NCBI GenBank assembly: GCA_048013815.1
Contig: CM106585.1
Coordinates: 9,238,001 to 9,302,000 of the forward strand
Origin: Setoptus koraiensis
Taxonomy: Eukaryota > Animalia > Arthropoda
Length of the DNA: 64,000 nt
Reading direction: 5' to 3'
How positions within the stretch are numbered: the first letter of the stretch is position 1; every line of letters begins with the position of its first letter. Positions 59,917-64,000 of this stretch are shown here, one piece after another. Position numbers and translations under genes: made by a program. The notes under the pieces are model-generated. The model searched no databases. It had not been told where the DNA came from and saw nothing but the letters and a program-made list of their open reading frames with translations.

Positions 59917-62595
59917 GTGCCAGTTCTGACAACATCATTTTTGTCAAATTGGATAATATAACTCAAGAGTGTCACTTTGATTTTCCAATTTCGTGTCATG
60001 CCGTTTGTTCTGTTGTTGCTCGTGCTGCATTGCACTGCATAGAGGCGCAATAACTGTTCTCGTTTATTTATCGCCAGTATAAATGTGTGCCTATGTGTCC
60101 GTTTGCAGTCCGCTCAATCTCAGGTAAATCCAGGTGATTAAGTGACTGAGCACCGAGATACAAGGGTTCGGACCATGAAAAGTGTCGGTGTGACCACACA
60201 ATGTAACCGCAACAAACAAACAGAACAGTTGGTAGGGTTTACTTTTATCGTTTGGTCAATTCGTGTGTCGGAATGACACTAAAAACGCTTTCTGTCTAAA
60301 ATTGCTGGCTGTTTGAGAAATCTATAATAATACAAATGTAATCTTTCGGACACGCATTTTGGACGCAAACAGACGGAGATTGGTGGCGTTTTGTTGCTCG
60401 TTTATTCGATCATTACGTCAAGCTCAGGTGGTCAAAAGTAGAAATAGAAGCCATTTTATTTTGACAAGTACAGAGTTTTGGGGGAATTTTCGAACCTCCT
60501 CACGGATTATTTATTGTTTCCCCTATTAGTTTGCGCTATCGAGCGCCATGAAAACGTTCTTATGCCGTGTGATTTGTAAGCCACACTAAGTTTGGACATT
60601 TATTTTTTTTTGTCCGTCATGAGATGTGCGAATACAATGTAATAGCATTGTGTGGGTCGGCTGGTTGTGTGAGTCTGCCCAAACGGCTGTTTTCAACTTC
60701 TCGAAGACTCTTCTCTGCCAGCCCTAACCCCGATGTCGGATAGAGGCTTCCTTGATCGAAATAGTCTACTCAGCATATCAACTCAAGTGGCCTCTTGTCT
60801 TATCATTTGCCTAGCCTTAATTTGTTTATGGAACAATGTGTTGCTTGCGTATGTTTATATACACCCAAAAGTGAGGATGCCATTTCACTTTGGGTTCATG
60901 AAAGTGAACATGCCGATGACGGATATGCGAGGCATAACTACTTGAACACAAACAGTAGCATGATAACATGATAACAGCGTAGTGTAAACGGGTCCACAGC
61001 AATGAAATTTGCATAAGTAGCTGCCCACTATATAGCTGTATGTATTATCGATATAAAGTATTAGATAAAAGTCACGAGAAGTGCAAGAATCAATCGTCAC
61101 ATTAGTGGCCTCAGCAAACATGCGTCCTATAATTCGAAGATGCGAGATAAGAGCACAAGCATCAAGTAGACCTAATATGATCTAGTCAGTCTAACCTGAG
61201 TGTGAATTTCGTGAATTACCACATTACTGCTGGTCTTTTACACACGAGCATAGAGCGTGATACCGATCTGCCTGTCTATGTCATAATCAAAATTGGTTTA
61301 GCGTTTCTCGAGAGGCTCATCAAGTCCATTACTTAATAAGATTCGTCTGTTGTTCACTTAACACACTTCCGTCCTTTTTCAACTACACAAGTGATCTTCA
61401 GTCATCCTATTCTAATTAGATCATGATCTGTTTTTAGAAAGTAATCGATCACATTGACGAGTCCATATTATTACTATATTGTTATTTGAGCTGCTGCTCC
61501 GTCCTTGTTACAGCTCTATATGACAGCTACCTCATCCGACTGAACATTGCAACTAAACTGAAGGCGCCATCAACTATGAACAGATTAGATTTTTAACTAA
61601 CCCTTATTATCATTGTTTTTCGCCCTGATACCTTATAATGCTCAGAGTCGTGCTTAGACATAGAATGTCTGCACTATTCGAGGTGCCAAATGAGCGAAAA
61701 TCTTGTTCCTCATTGTGTGTGTCCGAGAGATTGTCAGACTGCATTTATCGATGCGGATGGCTCCACTAATGAACGAAACAAGACAACCAATCTTCATATG
61801 GCACCATTTATCAGCACTATTGTATGTGGCTCAAACATGGTTACCTACGACAACGAGTGTCAAATGCGATTGGATTCGTGCAGGATCCAGCAACAAATAA
61901 CAGTGCAATATCTGGGCAAATGTGGTGAGTATTGATGTGGTAATTTGTTGATTGTTTAGTAAGAGTGCAACCTAATCTAGCTAACTGAAAATCATTTCTT
62001 CGCCCATCAATGGCGCCATTGGCACACATGCAAATATCATCTTGGTTGTTACCAAAATACAGACAAGTGTCGCGATGTCACCTGTACCAGAGGTCGTTAT
62101 TGCAAAGAGGGTCGTTGTATTTGTCAAGACAGATGTGAAAGTGAGTCAGAGAACAGCAACAACGTCACTGGCCTTGATGACTTGGCCACAAGTAACGGTG
62201 ACGGTGGTCTGCACAACAGGGCATACCCAAATGAAATTTCACTATCTCACCACAGTAGAATGGACAATCAAGTGAGCGAGTTGAATCAATTCTCTACTGG
62301 CAACAACAACAGCTTGCAACATCATCATCGGCATCGTCATCATCATCGCCACGGGCAACATCACGGTGGAAAACAATTAACGGAAACATTGGCAAGGGGA
62401 CGCCAACAGCAGCAGCAGCAGCATTTATCTATTTGCGCAAACGACGGGAACACCTACAGGAATCAATGCGAGCTGCTACGGCACGCTTGTCTCAATTCTT
62501 TGGATCTTAGACCGTTATTTTACGGCAGTTGCGACGACCAATTCGAAGATCAATTGCTCATCAGCCAGGAGCAGCATCTCTATGGCTCGTCTTGA
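55206..62595 (+). CDS. Type II membrane follistatin/Kazal-repeat protein (agrin N-terminal-like), ~894 aa; exons 55206-56598, 56692-56838, 59394-59726, 61646-61924, 62063-62595 (more may lie in the gap)
   Basis: Long low-complexity N-terminus with no signal peptide, then a single hydrophobic helix (FYLLVCLMIIGLISVVMVAVASVMIYL). Three Kazal motifs (CGTDGNDY..C, CGSNMVTYDNEC, CANDGNTYRNQC), two preceded by FOLN-type Cys blocks. All introns are phase 1 and the joined frame is open. Confidence 0.75.
57277..57776. other. Assembly gap (500 N)
   Basis: Run of n characters. Confidence 1.
57777..59361. other. Extremely G-rich low-complexity tract next to the gap, probably a sequencing/assembly artefact
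   Basis: Aperiodic GA- then GT- then poly-G-rich sequence with strong strand asymmetry. It abuts the N gap and switches abruptly to normal sequence at 59362. Confidence 0.75.
59873..59912. repeat. (AG)20 microsatellite, intronic
   Basis: Direct reading. Confidence 0.95.
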
Positions 62596-63498
62596 TGCGT
62601 CATTGTTTGCGTCGTACAATAAACAGTCAGATATCTCATTCTGTCGTGTGTCCACTTTGTGTGCAATTGCATCCTGTCTGTAATTATCTTTTTGGTGTCG
62701 CAATGTTCATCGAGCAGCCATAGCGACCAATGCAAACATTGCACAAAACTGAAAAGAGAAGCCAGCTGGGGCCAGCTCAGGTAACTCGGGCAGCTATTTG
62801 TTTGATTTTTTGTTTTGATTGTGAGCCACTGTAAAGTGTTTAGAATGGCGACAAATCATCGGAATTCATTGTGGCCCGCTGGCTGGCTAGCTCGCCGGAC
62901 GCCATCTGTGATGCGCGCGGTAAACTAATGGCGCGCGCGCGCGAAGAACCGATGTCTAGCCGCCCCGCGCGAGCTTACCGAAGCGCGCGCCCCATTTCCA
63001 GCCCCGACTCAAGCTGTGGGCAACGAAATTGGTTAGTTCGCTTTGCATACACTAATAGCGGTTGCGTTGTGTGTGCGTGTGTGTGTGTGTTTTGTCGTAG
63101 AATTGTGCGCGTTTGGTTGCACGATGCGCGTTGTGTGCGCGCCGCCAAGTTAGCGCGTTGCATGGCCAAAGGCTTGTGTGTCGGTTGGGTGCGCGGTTCA
63201 CACTTTTACAAGCACCTCTATACTAAACAGTCTATAGCATGCTCGATGCCAGGCTGAAACACTGTACTGGTGCCAGTGTGTGCCTTATGAGTGCATGTTA
63301 TTTGTGTGTGTTCGATTTGTGTGTCGCGCTTTGCAATGCTGCCACTATATCTGCCATAGCAGCTATGCAGCATAGCAGAGGCAACGGCGGGGTAGCAAGG
63401 CCAACGACGATACCGCCATGATGCTGACACTGATGGAATAAGCAGGCAACAGCGACACAACAGTTTAGTTCTGTTCGCTACACAACAGTTCAGTTCGA

Positions 63499-63662
63499 TG
63501 TGTGCGTGTGTGTGTGTGTGTGTGTGCGCGCAACACTCTGTTGTTAGCTCTTGTTAGCTCGCAAATCCGATCGGGCCTCACACAAATGTGTGTGTGTGTG
63601 TGTGTGTGTGTTGCCAATGGCACACTCCGACTGAGCCACTGACTGAGTGTGTGCGTGTGTGT
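63499..63662. repeat. Cluster of (GT)n microsatellites
   Basis: Several TG runs separated by short unique spacers. Confidence 0.9.
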
Positions 63663-64000
63663 GTTTTCGCCAGCTATACAATGTACACAAGCACCCGCTC
63701 GTAATATGCACTTGAACAAGTGCTGCTGCTAACGACAACGAGAGCTGAGGACCGACCGAGCTACATAAACACCTTGCATAACATTGGATCTACACACAGC
63801 ACGTATAACTATAACAATATACGTATGTCAGCTCTAACAGTGTGTGCGTAGTGTGCAAAGAGCACTATGTGTGCTGGGGTGGTTGTGTAAGGCGAACGTG
63901 TAGCGATCGGAGCAGCAATGAGCCAGTTAGCGAGGCACACACACAGTGAAAATTTACCTTCGATCAAAATAATATATATATATAATTTTACTACATTTAG

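Overview
Eukaryotic, intron-poor metazoan DNA. An acariform mite, possibly eriophyoid, is my inference from the gene style; it is not demonstrated. Bases 1-37.8 kb are almost gene-free: microsatellite-rich non-coding blocks alternate with AT-rich blocks and small MITE/HINE-like repeats. One spliced gene missed by the ORF track lies at 15752-16418. It encodes a 151-aa secreted precursor with a duplicated intron+exon unit and two small CCAP/conoCAP-like Cys loops. Bases 37.8-62.6 kb are gene-dense. They hold a head-to-head pair of ~610-aa gustatory-receptor-like genes with identical 3-exon structure, intronless importin-5, and a BMP-class ligand with a very short prodomain. They also hold two nucleotide-identical RPS18 coding sequences in inverted orientation around a 965-aa low-complexity gene, and a type II membrane follistatin/Kazal (agrin-like) gene. 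The latter is interrupted by a 500-N gap and a ~1.6-kb G-rich tract that is probably an artefact. No tRNA, rRNA, CRISPR or recognisable conserved miRNA was seen by eye. All gene models were built by hand and need RNA-seq confirmation.
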